From: Ylistrum balloti
Taxonomy: Eukaryota
DNA length: 64,000 nt
Assembly: GCF_031769215.1 (NCBI RefSeq)
Contig: NW_026781877.1
Location: 744,001 to 808,000, forward strand
Reading direction: 5' to 3'
Shown: piece after piece, positions 13,317 to 25,470 of the stretch
Position numbering within the stretch: position 1 is the stretch's first letter
Layout of the letters: the number at the start of each line of letters is the position of its first letter
Translations under genes and position numbers: made by a program
The notes under the pieces: model-generated
The model's database searches: none
Told to the model about the DNA's origin: nothing
What the model saw: the letters and a program-made list of their open reading frames with translations, nothing else

Positions 13317-14781
13317 GACATGTTAGACTAGTGTCTATGGCGAATTAGCAGTAGACTGTGGATGATCTACAGAAACACGAGGTCAGGAGATGATATAAAA
13401 TAAAGTCTTCCAGACAAACACCAGTTGTGAATACCACAAAGGTTGGAGAGTTCGGGAGTATTTATACATACATCTCTTTGTGTGGATGCCAAATCCCGAA
13501 TCAGATTTTCCGTTCCGTAATGGAAACTAGTGTTATCACGGGATATAAAATCTGCCTGTGTACGTAAAACACTTTTTAATACAAGATGTTTTTTTATGTA
13601 GCATGACGGGAAAAAATACCTGGCAACGAATCTGTCTGGTTTTCTAAAGTGTTATAACTAACGGTTTTAGACCGTTCCATTTACTTTGGTTTATTCATAT
13701 TGAATATTGAATATATCATAACGAGAATGGTTTGATTTCCGACGGCCAAATGAATACCGCAATCTTGCCGGTAATGATATTGTGTAAGTTGATGTGTATT
13801 CTGCGTGGCACCGCCCCATCACAATTGTATTTTACAGCAAACGACCTATACTTTATTCGCTAATTCATGTAATAAACACATTCGCCTCCCACTTATAATA
13901 TGGTTTCCAAGGACAACAATACCATTAAACTCTAGCTATCACCCGTCCATATAGATTACGTCTGATTTATATTTATCCTTGCAAACATTCATATTGTATT
14001 TTGTATTCAATTTTAAACATTTTGACATAAGTCTTAACAAGACAAACATGGTGCATGAGAGGGCGCGTAGTACCTGCCTTTTATGGTCTAAATCACCACA
14101 ACTCAAACAACATCAAGAAAATACCAACATGGCAACATCATCATAATTCAGACTCAAGTTCCATAAAACTAAGGCAAAATATGGCCAAAAGAAAGATTTA
14201 CAAGGAGACTCCTGGAAAGGTACAAGGAGTTCCAGGAGTTCCGGAAGAATGAGCGTCTTCTGCTTCAACGACGACATCTGCTATGTAAACCTGGCCAATC
14301 CAAGTAAGTTATAATACGTTCTCATATGAGAACAGTGTATACAACAACGGAACTAACGAACAACCTAACGAGCATCAAATACGTCTAGCTTCATGAAAAC
14401 AGAAACAGAATATTTCTCTTTTGAACCCTTGTGTTACAGTTTGTCAGTCAGTTGTTTTCTTGCACAAAAATAGTAATGGGAACAGACCCATTGAATTGAG
14501 ACATGTAAATACTATAGGTTGGAGAAGCAGGGTTAATTCTATCCAGAAATGGAAAATTCACAATAGAGAAATTGAAATCATCACGTTTATCAAAGTAATT
14601 CTAGGCCTTTTCAATGCAGTAAAGTGCATTTACATGTATTCGATTTACAAAATTGTATTGCCTGATTGTGTAGGCATAGGCAACTAAAATAATACAGTAT
14701 AAACTAAAAATGCTTCCATATTATAAAGAACAATTTTCACTAAGGAAATGTCCCTAAATGGTGTCGTTTAATTAACCTTAC

Positions 14782-15393
14782 CTGTCTCCAAAGAAAATCC
14801 GGGAAGTTGTTGGCGATGAAAGCGGAAACGGCCATGTGACACACCGGAAGTATAATCCCACTTATGATTGCTACATACGTCATTAGCGGCATGAGAGAAT
14901 ATAACATAAACACAACAAACATCACCTCCCATACACCATCCATAGGTCCCAACAGAGGGCGCTCACGCCCAGGAACATCCGGGTCCAGTTGTAACGGAAA
15001 TGCCATCACAGCAAAACACAATAGGAATACCAACAATAGATAACAGACTATCTTGAAATAACACTCATTCATGAACTTCGTATGAAGGAATATAAATATT
15101 GCTATAAATAACACACACTGAACAGCCAGATAGATCCCGCGTACACTTAAACCCGACAAGTACACGAACTTGAGGACAGAGAGGGTACCTGTCAGTATAA
15201 TGAGGACGCCTAGCATATATCGTATGGCAGATTGTTGAAGTGTAAACACGTAACGTTTGTACAATCTTTCCAAGTCATCATTATCAAACTTGTGACGATT
15301 GAAGACCTTTTGGAGATTCGACCTTGCCCGATGTGTCAACATCGGTGTCGTCTCCATGTTGATCCGGTCTCCTTCTTCCATATTGTTAAGCAT
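14782..15393 (-). CDS. ADCY: Transmembrane adenylate cyclase, first coding exon (N-terminus plus most of the M1 membrane domain); rutabaga/ADCY1-like, subtype uncertain
   Basis: KFDNDDLERLYKRYVFTLQQ, several hydrophobic helices, DGVWEVMFVVFMLYSLMPL and FLWRQ match the conserved first-exon layout of class III tmACs (rutabaga RFENDELECLYQRY; ADCY5/6 KLERLYQRYF...FLLKQ). Donor CAG|GTAAGG at 14782/14781, phase 0. The ATG at 15381 has the better Kozak context. The next exon was not found in 1-14781. Confidence 0.9.
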
Positions 15394-15475
15394 CCTGTAG
15401 AAGTTCCGGTCCTTTGTTAGATAGCAATATTCCTTCTCCCTGGTCTGAACCCTCCATCACTGACCAAACATTTAC
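15394..15475 (-). promoter_or_regulatory. 5' UTR part of the adenylate cyclase exon, with two uORFs
   Basis: Acceptor TTTTTGTCTTTACAG| at 15476/15475. uORFs are MFGQ* (15471-15457) and MEGSDQGEGILLSNKGPELLQDA* (15457-15386). Confidence 0.6.
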
Positions 15476-15613
15476 CTGTAAAGACAAAAATGCTCAGATC
15501 AGATGAACCCCCAGATACGTTGGAAAATAAATCCCGGTTACATCAATAGTGAATTAAATGTCATCACCTGACTTACACATGCTGCAGATGGATGAATTGC
15601 TGCTGAGATCTTC

Positions 15614-17043
15614 AGCCGCTGTCACAGAGTATAAACCACGATGAGATTGAACTATAACTGCTGTGAGTACTTACTGGTGTGACGAGAACTCTGTCACACA
15701 GAGTACTGACTGGTGTGACGAGAACTCTAACCGCTGTCACACAGAGTACTGACTGGTGACGAGAACTCTGTCACACAGAGTACTGACTGGTGTGACGAAA
15801 ACTTTAACCGCTGTCACACAGAGTACTGACTGGTGTGACGAGAACTCTGTCACACAGAGTACTAACTATGTGGCGAGAACTCAAACCGCTGTCAAACAGA
15901 GTAAACTGATATAAAGAGAACTCTAACCGTTGCCACACAGTGCTGACTGGTGTGACGAGAACTCTGTCACACAGAATACTGACTGGTATGACAAGAAGTC
16001 TGTCTAACACAGAGTACTGACTGATGTGACGAGAACTCGTACCACTGTTACACTGAGTACTAACTGCTGTGACGAGAACTCTGTCACATAGAGTACTGAC
16101 TGGTGTGACGAGAACTCTAACCGCTGTAACACTTAGCACTAACTGATGTGACGAGAGCTTTAACCGCTGTTACACTGAGTACTAACGGATGTGGCGAGAA
16201 CTCTAACCGCTGTTACAATGAGTACTAACTGATGCTACGAGAACTCTAACCGCTGTCACACAGAGCACTAACTTGTATGACGACAACTCTAACCGCTGTC
16301 ACACAGAGTACTAACTGATGTGAAGAGAACTCTAACCGCTGTCACACAGAGTACTTACTGGTGTGACGAGAACTCTAACCGCTGTCACAGAGAGCACTAA
16401 CTGATGTGACGAGAACTCTAAACGCTGTAACACAGAGTACTATCCGGTATGACGACAACTCTAACTGCTGTTACACAGAGTACTGACTGGTATGACGAGA
16501 ACTCTAACCACTATTACACAGAGTACTGACTGGTATGACGAGAACTCTAACCGCTGTTACACAGATTACTAACTAATGTGACGAGAACTCTAACCGCTGT
16601 CACACAGAGTACTGACTGGTATGACGAGAACTCTAACCGCTGTTACACAGAGTGCTGACTGGTGTGACGAGAACTCTGTCACACAGACAGAGTACTGACT
16701 GGTATGACAAGAACTCTGTCACACAGAGTACTGACTGATGTGACGAGAACTCTAACCGCTGTCACACAGAGTACTGATTGGTATGACGAGAACTCTAACC
16801 GCTGTCACACAGAGTACTGACCGGTATGACGAGAACTCTTACCGCTGTCACACAGAGTACTAACTAATGTGTCGAGACCTCTAACAACTGTCACACAGAG
16901 CACTAACTGATGAGACGAGAACTCTAACCGCTGTCACACAGAGTACTTACTGGTATGATGAGAACTCTAACCGCTGTTACACAGAGTACTAACTGATGTG
17001 ACGAGAATCTAACCGCTGTCACACAGAGTACTAACTGATGCTG
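15614..17043. repeat. 43-bp minisatellite (GAGAACTCTAACCGCTGTCACACAGAGTACTGACTGGTGTGAC) with 36-bp deletion variants
   Basis: Period 43 checked. Variants lacking AACCGCT are interspersed. It explains ORFs 15804 and 16924. Confidence 0.95.
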
Positions 17044-17267
17044 TAAACACTTAATCAGTATTTGTACTAGACGACTATTGCAATACATTGATAAGGTTGG
17101 GACATGCAACCTCTTGTCGTTTTCATGACTAGATATAACTGTATGAAAGAAAAAGGTAGTAGTTCACTGTTGCAAATCGTCATAAATAATAATGTGTGCA
17201 CCTGTCTTCGCTTATACTCAACAATTGTATACAAACATAGGTAACGTATCTGTCTTTACATCTACGT

Positions 17268-17292
17268 TTATATATATGTATATATATATATA
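17268..17292. repeat. (TA)n-rich microsatellite
   Basis: TATATATGTATATATATATATGTA visible. Confidence 0.8.
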
Positions 17293-19454
17293 TGTAATAT
17301 CCGGTCTCCATTACGTCTTACACTAAGCCCTGAGAAACAACAACAGAATCATACGTATATAAAAGTAATAACTGCCTTAGAATTTACTGTTTGAGAGTAT
17401 GTTTTCTCCTGAGATTTGGGACGTACAGGGGATGAGGTTATAGGAACAAAGCTATGGACCCTGGTACAAACATATTAAAATTGTACGCAAAAATATTTCA
17501 TACATGTCTCTTATCAGTGTACATATCTTCATTCAACACTACTGAACGCCACGGCAGCACCGAATAACAAATTATCTAATTTGAAACGTTTCATGCAGGC
17601 AGTATTTGACGGGAGATCTCCGCCGTGAGATACGGGGTCTGTAACGCAGGCACGGATTTCTAACTATTATCAAGTGGAACTACGCTATCTAGTCAATACA
17701 CACAAAACCACTCAGTATACTCAACAAATATATTCCGCAAAGAAAATTGTTTTGATGAGCCCGTCAAACAAAACATATTACCAGCTACTCTATTTTATGG
17801 ACAATGTTATAAGACCTTGGCTGTGTGCATATAGAATAAACAGCCATTAATTTCTGTTTGATAGAAAACATAGCCCTTAGTGATTAAAGCTTTGTTATTG
17901 TCATGTCGGAACACTACAAACATAACCCGAGTTCTGTCATACACAAGTGTATACTAAATTCATGGAAAGGATCAGAAATAATTAACCGTGATCTGACCAG
18001 CAATTTGGAGTTGCTGGGGGTCTTTTTTATTTGCTAATTTAAACGATTTTTACATATTTCAACGGCGACTTAGAAGACAGCTTTGGGACATAAAAGGGGA
18101 GACAATTTTGATACATATCTTAAGTTCCCTCAATCTGTCCAAAGCAGAATGAAGGTAAATGATTTTTCGTTAGGGTTTATATATTTCCTTGTCAGTTCTT
18201 AACTGATATAAAACATAAAAATTAATAAGCTTTGTATCTTGTTCACACTGCATTCAGTGTCCCAAGTATACATTGATCGATGTCAACGGCATTACGATCA
18301 AACTTGTACTAAGGGATCATATACACTTCCGGTTTAAAGAGCTCCGCTGAGAAAAAACATTGACACCATTTCCGGTAACGTGCGATCGTTTCGGGCTGCT
18401 GTAAGACTAAAACAATCAGAATTGTTTGTTAGGTACTCGACAATGGCGATTCTCAAGTCGTGGTTGCCCGGGGAGTTACTCGACATTACTCCAAATCTCC
18501 TACACCATAAGAGGCCGCCGGTTTATTGTCTGACGTAAATGTGCCGAGTGCAACCTCTCATTTCCAAAGCACTTTTTCTTTGGTGCTCGTTTCGTCCTGG
18601 AATGAGGGCGGAACGAAAGTTTCTACAATAGATCTTGCTTATTATAACTTAAAACTTGATGACAACAACGTGTACTTAAAGATTCGATATCAATTATCCA
18701 ATTTAGATTTTCCAATCACAGTCGTATAGTGAATAAATAGTTATCATAAATGACAGAAACTCCAGTTCCATTCCATCATTTGGTTGACCTAGTTTTCAAA
18801 AATGGCGGTTTCGGTCAATGGAAAATGCGAATGTTTGCTGGATACGAAATGATGAATTGACGAAAGGATAAGCAAATACTGATTTAATTACCGTATGCAT
18901 AGTAGAATAACGTTTTTTTATAAACATAACTTTTTGTAACTCTTTATCAGATTGTGCTGAGGCTTTGACCGCATCCTGTTAAAGAAAATCAGTATCTAAC
19001 TATTTTTGCACGAAATAGTATGTGATTTTATCATACACTTTAAAAAGATATAATTCCTTTATTACGTTGAACAATTAAATTTATGCTAAAATGCTAAACA
19101 TTGTAAAAAAATCTTAACTTTGAAAACTTGATAGTCGGCATTGGGATAAATGTAAATCGCTTTTTAAGAAGTTAAAGCTAATAAGACGCCTGTCATAAGT
19201 TTCTCGACGTGTAAACCTCTAACATTATTAGAGAAGTAATTCGCCAGTCGTGGGTGCTCGAGGAGTGGCCCGTTAGTCCATTACTTGTTATGCTAGGATA
19301 TGGGGCAAACTTCCTCCATGTGAGTATTCATACATTTTATCTTTCAAGTGAAATTCATGGTACTTTACTGTGTCTACCATTTCATCGAGATCAGATGATG
19401 ACTAATAGTACTGACAGGCGAGAAGATAGTGTACGGAGTATGGGGAGGGGGATA

Positions 19455-19543
19455 CACGGGGATTGGGAGAAATGGAAGGATGTTTGGAGGGAGGCCACGG
19501 GGATTGGGAGAAAGGGAAGGATGTTTGGAGGGAGGCCACGGGG
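19455..19543. repeat. 41-bp G-rich direct duplication (2 copies)
   Basis: CACGGGGATTGGGAGAAA(T/G)GGAAGGATGTTTGGAGGGAGGC starts at 19455 and 19496. Confidence 0.9.
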
Positions 19544-21879
19544 AACACTGAACGTAGGGCACAAACCTTCTTTGATGGATGCTAATCCCATCACATACAA
19601 AACTGCTTGTTTTTATATCATACACCATGAAATTGGTGTAGATCAACCATCTTCACTGATGTTTTATCAGTAAAACGATAAGCACAAATGAATTCAGTAT
19701 ATGAACATAGAAAAAGTGAGCTTAACGTGGACTCGAGACTTCAAAATATGTCCAACATTTAATACTACACGTATATGTTATAAATAGACACCTAATGCCC
19801 ACCTCTGTCAACCATCTCTATTAATATCAACGTCCGATACAGACAACAGCCGTTATACTGTCGGACCACCCTCTACAGCAGTATTTTACTAGCTGGTTTC
19901 TTTAAAGAAGAGGAGAGTGTCCTATTTACTGTGACAGTTTGTATACTTAATCATTAACTAGGTCACTGCGATATATCACTCCAGTAGACACTGTATTGCA
20001 GCTTCCGGTTGATTAAATTTTCACAAAGACACATCACTTACTGGAGAAATAAAAAGTCAAGACTGATTGAGCATGTGCACACAAACCAACGACTGCAGGC
20101 TGGAAGTAGATTGAATCAAATTGTGGGTTTAATGGAGTGTTATGATTTAGTGGTACCTGGTGTTACCGACAGCTGGCGCTGCTTACCACACTGTGGTACA
20201 CACATACAGCTTACAAAGTTTACCTGCCAAGTCAATGATACAGAAAATAGTGGTATTTGCTGTTTCGGGCGAAACGTTGTCATATTGGGCTTAAATACTA
20301 AAATAAATATTTTTTTCGGGACAATGTGATGACGATATTCCCGTTATATACACCCCATGTGGTAGAATGCTTAACAGGGTAATGGGCGACATTAACATTG
20401 CCATTGGTGTTAGTTTATCCATTGTACTATCTAGATTTACATTTAAACGGTACAGGAGACTCCTCGGTGTCAAAACGTCCGTGAATTAGTAGTGAAATTA
20501 TCACCCTGACTTTTACGATCAAATCATCAATCATAAAAGTCGTTACGCGACATGGTGTGTTACAGGCATTAAGTAAGTCTACGTAATGATTACCATAATT
20601 AACCCATTTCGTGTTTTTATATATTAGTATTATACAAGATAATGATTCAGTAATACATTGTTACAAATCCCCTGTTGGTAAATCGTACGTCATATCGGTA
20701 CTATTAAAGTATACATATCTTAATTTACTAGCAAGCTATTCATCGCCATACAGACTACAATATACCTGCGTAATCAATGACGTCACGGCGATTCCGAACA
20801 GCAGACTATTCACACTTTCTGTAATTATCAGAATTATTCACGTTTGGTATCGAGACCAGATAAAACTCGAAATATATTTCGTCACTACCACATACTACAG
20901 TAAATTATCTACAACCATAACCAAGTCGACCTCGCTGTTATTACGTGAACTCGACGGAAATCCGGTATTATACGTATACGTTAGAAACATAATCACGAAT
21001 ATTCATTGTTGAATGGTCCATTGGTTCTTCGGGGAAGTGACATTTCATTATGTGGTAGTTCGATACAGATCTAGTGCATTGTATTATGCTCGTTTTAAGG
21101 AAACGAACAGACAAATCTTTTAATGTACAGCTAGCAGTAACAACATAATGGTAAGTATATTAGTTTAGTTATAAATAACTTACTCAATCTCACACCTATC
21201 CACGTGTCCTTCATTATAAGAAGCGGGTTATGGACACGATCATATACCTCCATATTCATCCCACCGACATCTAAACACATTTACAGTTAACCGACTCCAA
21301 CAGAATCACCGCTTTGCTTAGCTTTGTGTACAACCACAAACAGGATTTGAAATATTCATTCATAAGATCTACCAAAACCTTTAACCCCCGAGGTGTTAAA
21401 AATACACACCCGCATCACCGACTTTCTACATTCGCCTGTTCTACACCTGACTAAGACGGGGTGATAATTCCTGTATTCCATATGCATCCGAATTTAACGT
21501 GAACTAGTAGTGTTATAGTCTGTGATATGTGTACATTGTAAATAATAAACATAATTATATACTAGTTCATTGTTTAGCCCTTATATAAATCAGTAATTAT
21601 ATTGGTATTTCTGAAACCCTGCTGATACCATTTAATGGCAGTGAAGTGATAACGGCAATGATAGGCCAAATAACGTTGACTATAACCAGGAACGTATATG
21701 ACAGATACGTCCCTGCTATAACCTGTCGAACTATGCCTACAAAAAGGTTGTACAAAAGTTACAATGAGTAGAAAACTATCTATTATAGTCGCTTTTTAAA
21801 TTATATGCAATGCTTGCTATCAATCAGATATGACCAAAAAGGTTGCCCTGTATTCTGGGCTTCTACAGATGCTACTTAC

Positions 21880-22118
21880 CCGTTGTCCTTGGTACCGGCA
21901 TTAATTTCCGTTAGATAGGTGCCTGGACCCAGCACATTCTCACTGCCCAAACTTACACAAACATTCACATGGTTTACTCTGTAAATAACGCCACCAACCC
22001 GGTCCACAATTGCCCTACACTTTGATCTCTGTGTTCCCGTAGCCGTCCGATCGGTATTTACAAAGAATGTACGAGTGGTAGTTTGATACAACACACAGCC
22101 CCTCTCCCATGTGCGCAC
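21880..22118 (-). other. Candidate upstream exon of the adenylate cyclase gene (3' part; the 5' boundary is unknown)
   Basis: Consensus donor CGG|GTAAGT at 21880/21879 on the AC strand, within a relatively GC/CpG-rich stretch (~21860-22620). An 80-codon ORF ends exactly at the donor. Inference only. Confidence 0.35.
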
Positions 22119-23499
22119 GCCCAGCTAACACTTCTTACTTTCACAACACAAACTTTGCAAGTCGTTGCAATTTTTCCTCGGCGGTTCAAGCCACTAAAAC
22201 TTATTCAAAGTAGAAATCAATGGGCACATTGTGTTATGTTACTATTCTTAGCTGTCCGCGAAGGGAGTTTCCACGTGTTGTGGAACCATAACACAGCGAC
22301 ACATGTCCCGGACCGGGGGAGTTAACATCTACACAATACAGATTTAAATTACACAGATGGGGTCGCCGTGAGTCATAGCTATGTAAACAAACACGGCAAC
22401 GAAGGGGAGTTGTCGGTACGGAGGGGCTACCGTTGTCACACCGGAAAATCTCATTAGGGCCAAAGAGGTCCCGGAGCGAGGGTGGTAGGGTCAGCCGTCC
22501 ATGGCAACATCTGCAAGACGTATCCAATACATTGGTCGAGAGCCTGTGAAGGCGACAGGGTCACGACAGTAACTGGTCTGTAAAGCTCTCTCGTTGTACC
22601 ACGCTCCGCTGACTATTCTGTCCATCATAATTATCAGTCACTCTCTCAACAAAAGGCGAGTCCTAACCGTTATCAGCCAATTCTGTATACGGAATTCGTG
22701 ATAAAAGCGGAAACTAATACGTACGCTGATAAAAAGCTGATAAAACAAGTTAATAATCCTGACGATGATATCACCAAGGCTCCTAACACAAAACGTCTTC
22801 TATCTTCTATCCACTTGTTAAAAAAATCTCCTTTATTTTCTTTCTGTATTCGCGTTCTCGTCCCGCCAGTGTGAACAACTTATCGGTCAATAAGAGACTT
22901 GATGGATGGTCCCTGCTGGGAGATTCTTTAGTTCCTATACAATACTGTAGTAGTTGACCGTTATAAGTCTGTACAATGCCTGTCCATCTAAAGCTTAGGG
23001 AAATCCCCGGTAAGTGTCACCAGCAGTGTTTACATCGTACCTTACGATGACACCATATCTATAACGCGAGACAGATCTGTCAAAATCTAGGTCTCTGACA
23101 TCCAATTCTCCCACATAATGTGCTATCTAAACTTTCAGACACGATTTTCAGGATGTTCCCCTTTAAATACATAGTAAGTAACTTTCTTCTATCAAATAAT
23201 CACCGGCAACATACATGTATAGGCAAAGGTAGGTGTTTCTCTTGAAGTGTTTTAATCATTAATCTCCTAATTGTATTAATGGACGTGTCTACAATTCAGT
23301 TAACAGAAGCTACATAGAAAATCATGCAATGATGATGTCTCAGTCACTGACATAAATGGTAACAGTTTACCAATCTCTTACTCTCTATACGTACAGGCTA
23401 CATCATGTTCAAATTATAGAGCGGTCGCGATAAAGCGTTTGCCTACGTAACCTCGCGCATTAGAGTTACTTCCCTTTGTTTCACTTTCACCGAGAATAA

Positions 23500-23650
23500 C
23501 CTCAGGTCCGGGATGCGCGTTTCGAAGCTCAGAAACGGGCAAGACTCTGCTAATGTATCCTTGGGCACGACACTATACCCAAATTGCATTGGATGACATG
23601 CCACGGGCCTCCGGTATGTTGTTCAGTGAGGTTGCCACCAGCTTCTATAA
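23500..23650 (+). mobile_element. Degenerate SINE remnant with a V-domain-like core
   Basis: TGTATCCTTGGGCACGACACTATACCC resembles the V-domain core GTGTCCTTGGGCAAGACACTT of V-SINEs (from memory of the family). Confidence 0.35.
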
Positions 23651-24898
23651 GGAGATCATATTTTACCAGTTTCATGTAGTCGAGCCCTCCATTGACCACT
23701 TTTCGCATAGATGACTATATATAATATACAATGAGATGTTTTTAAACAAAGCAATATTGCCGTGGTATTTCCATTCCAATTTAATCTTACGTTATCAAAC
23801 AAGAAAAATCCTAGTTGTTTTTGTGTCGTTATGGCACGTCGCTGATTTGTCATAAATTTGAGACTGTGTACTTCGGATACCTATCGGATACCTCTCGAAT
23901 TCAATCATTTAAATGTTTACGACCCTCGGGCATCATTCACGTGCTTTTGTGCCAGTCACGCCTGATTAGTTGCGACATCGTCTCTGGTGTGTGTGTAAGT
24001 CTTATCCTTGGCGTAAACAACAGAAATAACATTATGTGAAGCAACATGTTTATAAGTTATCTGAAGAAGTACATAAAATATATGCTTAAATTACTTCGCA
24101 CAAGAGAGTCGAATCAGAGTGATCAGAGAACCCGCCTACCTATTCTACTGGTCCACGTACATAACAGGTCTGTGACGAAGTTCTCTTGAACCTACCAACA
24201 GGGGGACACAATCACAAGATGAACGTGGTGATCAGTAGTGATGGAAATATCACACCGATGGGAAATTAAGCTCAGCACACGCCATTGAATTAAAACTAAC
24301 ACCTCGTAAACTTCGTCAGAAACAGAATTTATCTTTCCCTTGTGCTTTAACAAGTTTGCTTTGTTCCTAAGCACTGTTCTTTTGCTATATCAAGTGTACT
24401 TCCTTAGAGTGCTATGAAACATGGGCCTTCTCTTGTGCTATAAGTAAAACACATTGCCTTGCTTCTAAAGCAAATATGCCCCTAACCCTTGTGCTGCGTG
24501 TTCATGTGCTTCAAAATCGTTGTTGGCTTCTTCTATGCTTTTAAAATAAGTTATACAGTGTCTTGAAAAAATTGCCCCTATGCCTAGACCCCAAGGTCTG
24601 CTATGAATGTGTGCCCTGGCCATTTGCTTGCACTAACGAACAACCTTTATGTATCCTTAAACAACGCTGTATCCAGACGTGAACATGCATTGATTTATTT
24701 CTCAACTAATCAAATGTACGTGTTAACGCTGTCCGGTACGGCCAATTAGCGTGTACCTAACTCAGCACGTGTTCAAGGCAGTGTAGGGTTCGTTATAGCG
24801 TTGATAGTGATCTCATTGAAACCTGACACCAACATTGAAACTTCTACATCATAAATCATAACCACAAACTATAGAAATTAGAATGTATACCTATGTAT

Positions 24899-25470
24899 GA
24901 TAGTAATCACACGGTATACCCACACACCATAGTGATCACACGGTATACCCACACACCATAGTAATCACACGGTATACCCACACACAATAGTAATCACACG
25001 GTATACCCATACACAATAGTAATCACACGGTATACCCACACACCATAGTAATCACACGGTATACCCACACACCATAGTAATTACACGGTATACCCACACA
25101 CCATAGTAATCACACGGTATACCCACACACCATAGTAATCACACGGTATACCCACACACCATAGTAATCACACAGTATACCCACACACCATAGTAATCAC
25201 ACGGTATACCCACACACCATAGTAATCACACGGTACAACCACACACCATAGTAATCACATGGTTTATCCACACACCATAGTAATCACACGGTATACCCAC
25301 ACACCATAGTAATCACACGGTTTACCCACACACCATACTAATCAAACGGTATACCAACACATAATAGTAATCACACAGTATACTTACACATCATAGTAAT
25401 CACACAGTTTACCCACAAATCGTAGTAATCACACAGTTTACCCACAAATCGTAGTAATCACACAGTATAC
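24899..25470. repeat. 29-bp minisatellite (ATAGTAATCACACGGTATACCCACACACC), ~19-20 copies
   Basis: Directly visible; decays toward the 3' end. Confidence 0.96.

Noticed and set aside
14180-14310. Exon-like stretch with a plus-strand GTAAGT donor (nested antisense gene?)
   Set aside because: No clear acceptor and no recognisable peptide in any frame.
23555-23563. GTATCCTT resembling a U12 5' splice site
   Set aside because: It lies within a SINE-like relic with no associated exon. All reconstructed introns have U2-type GT donors.
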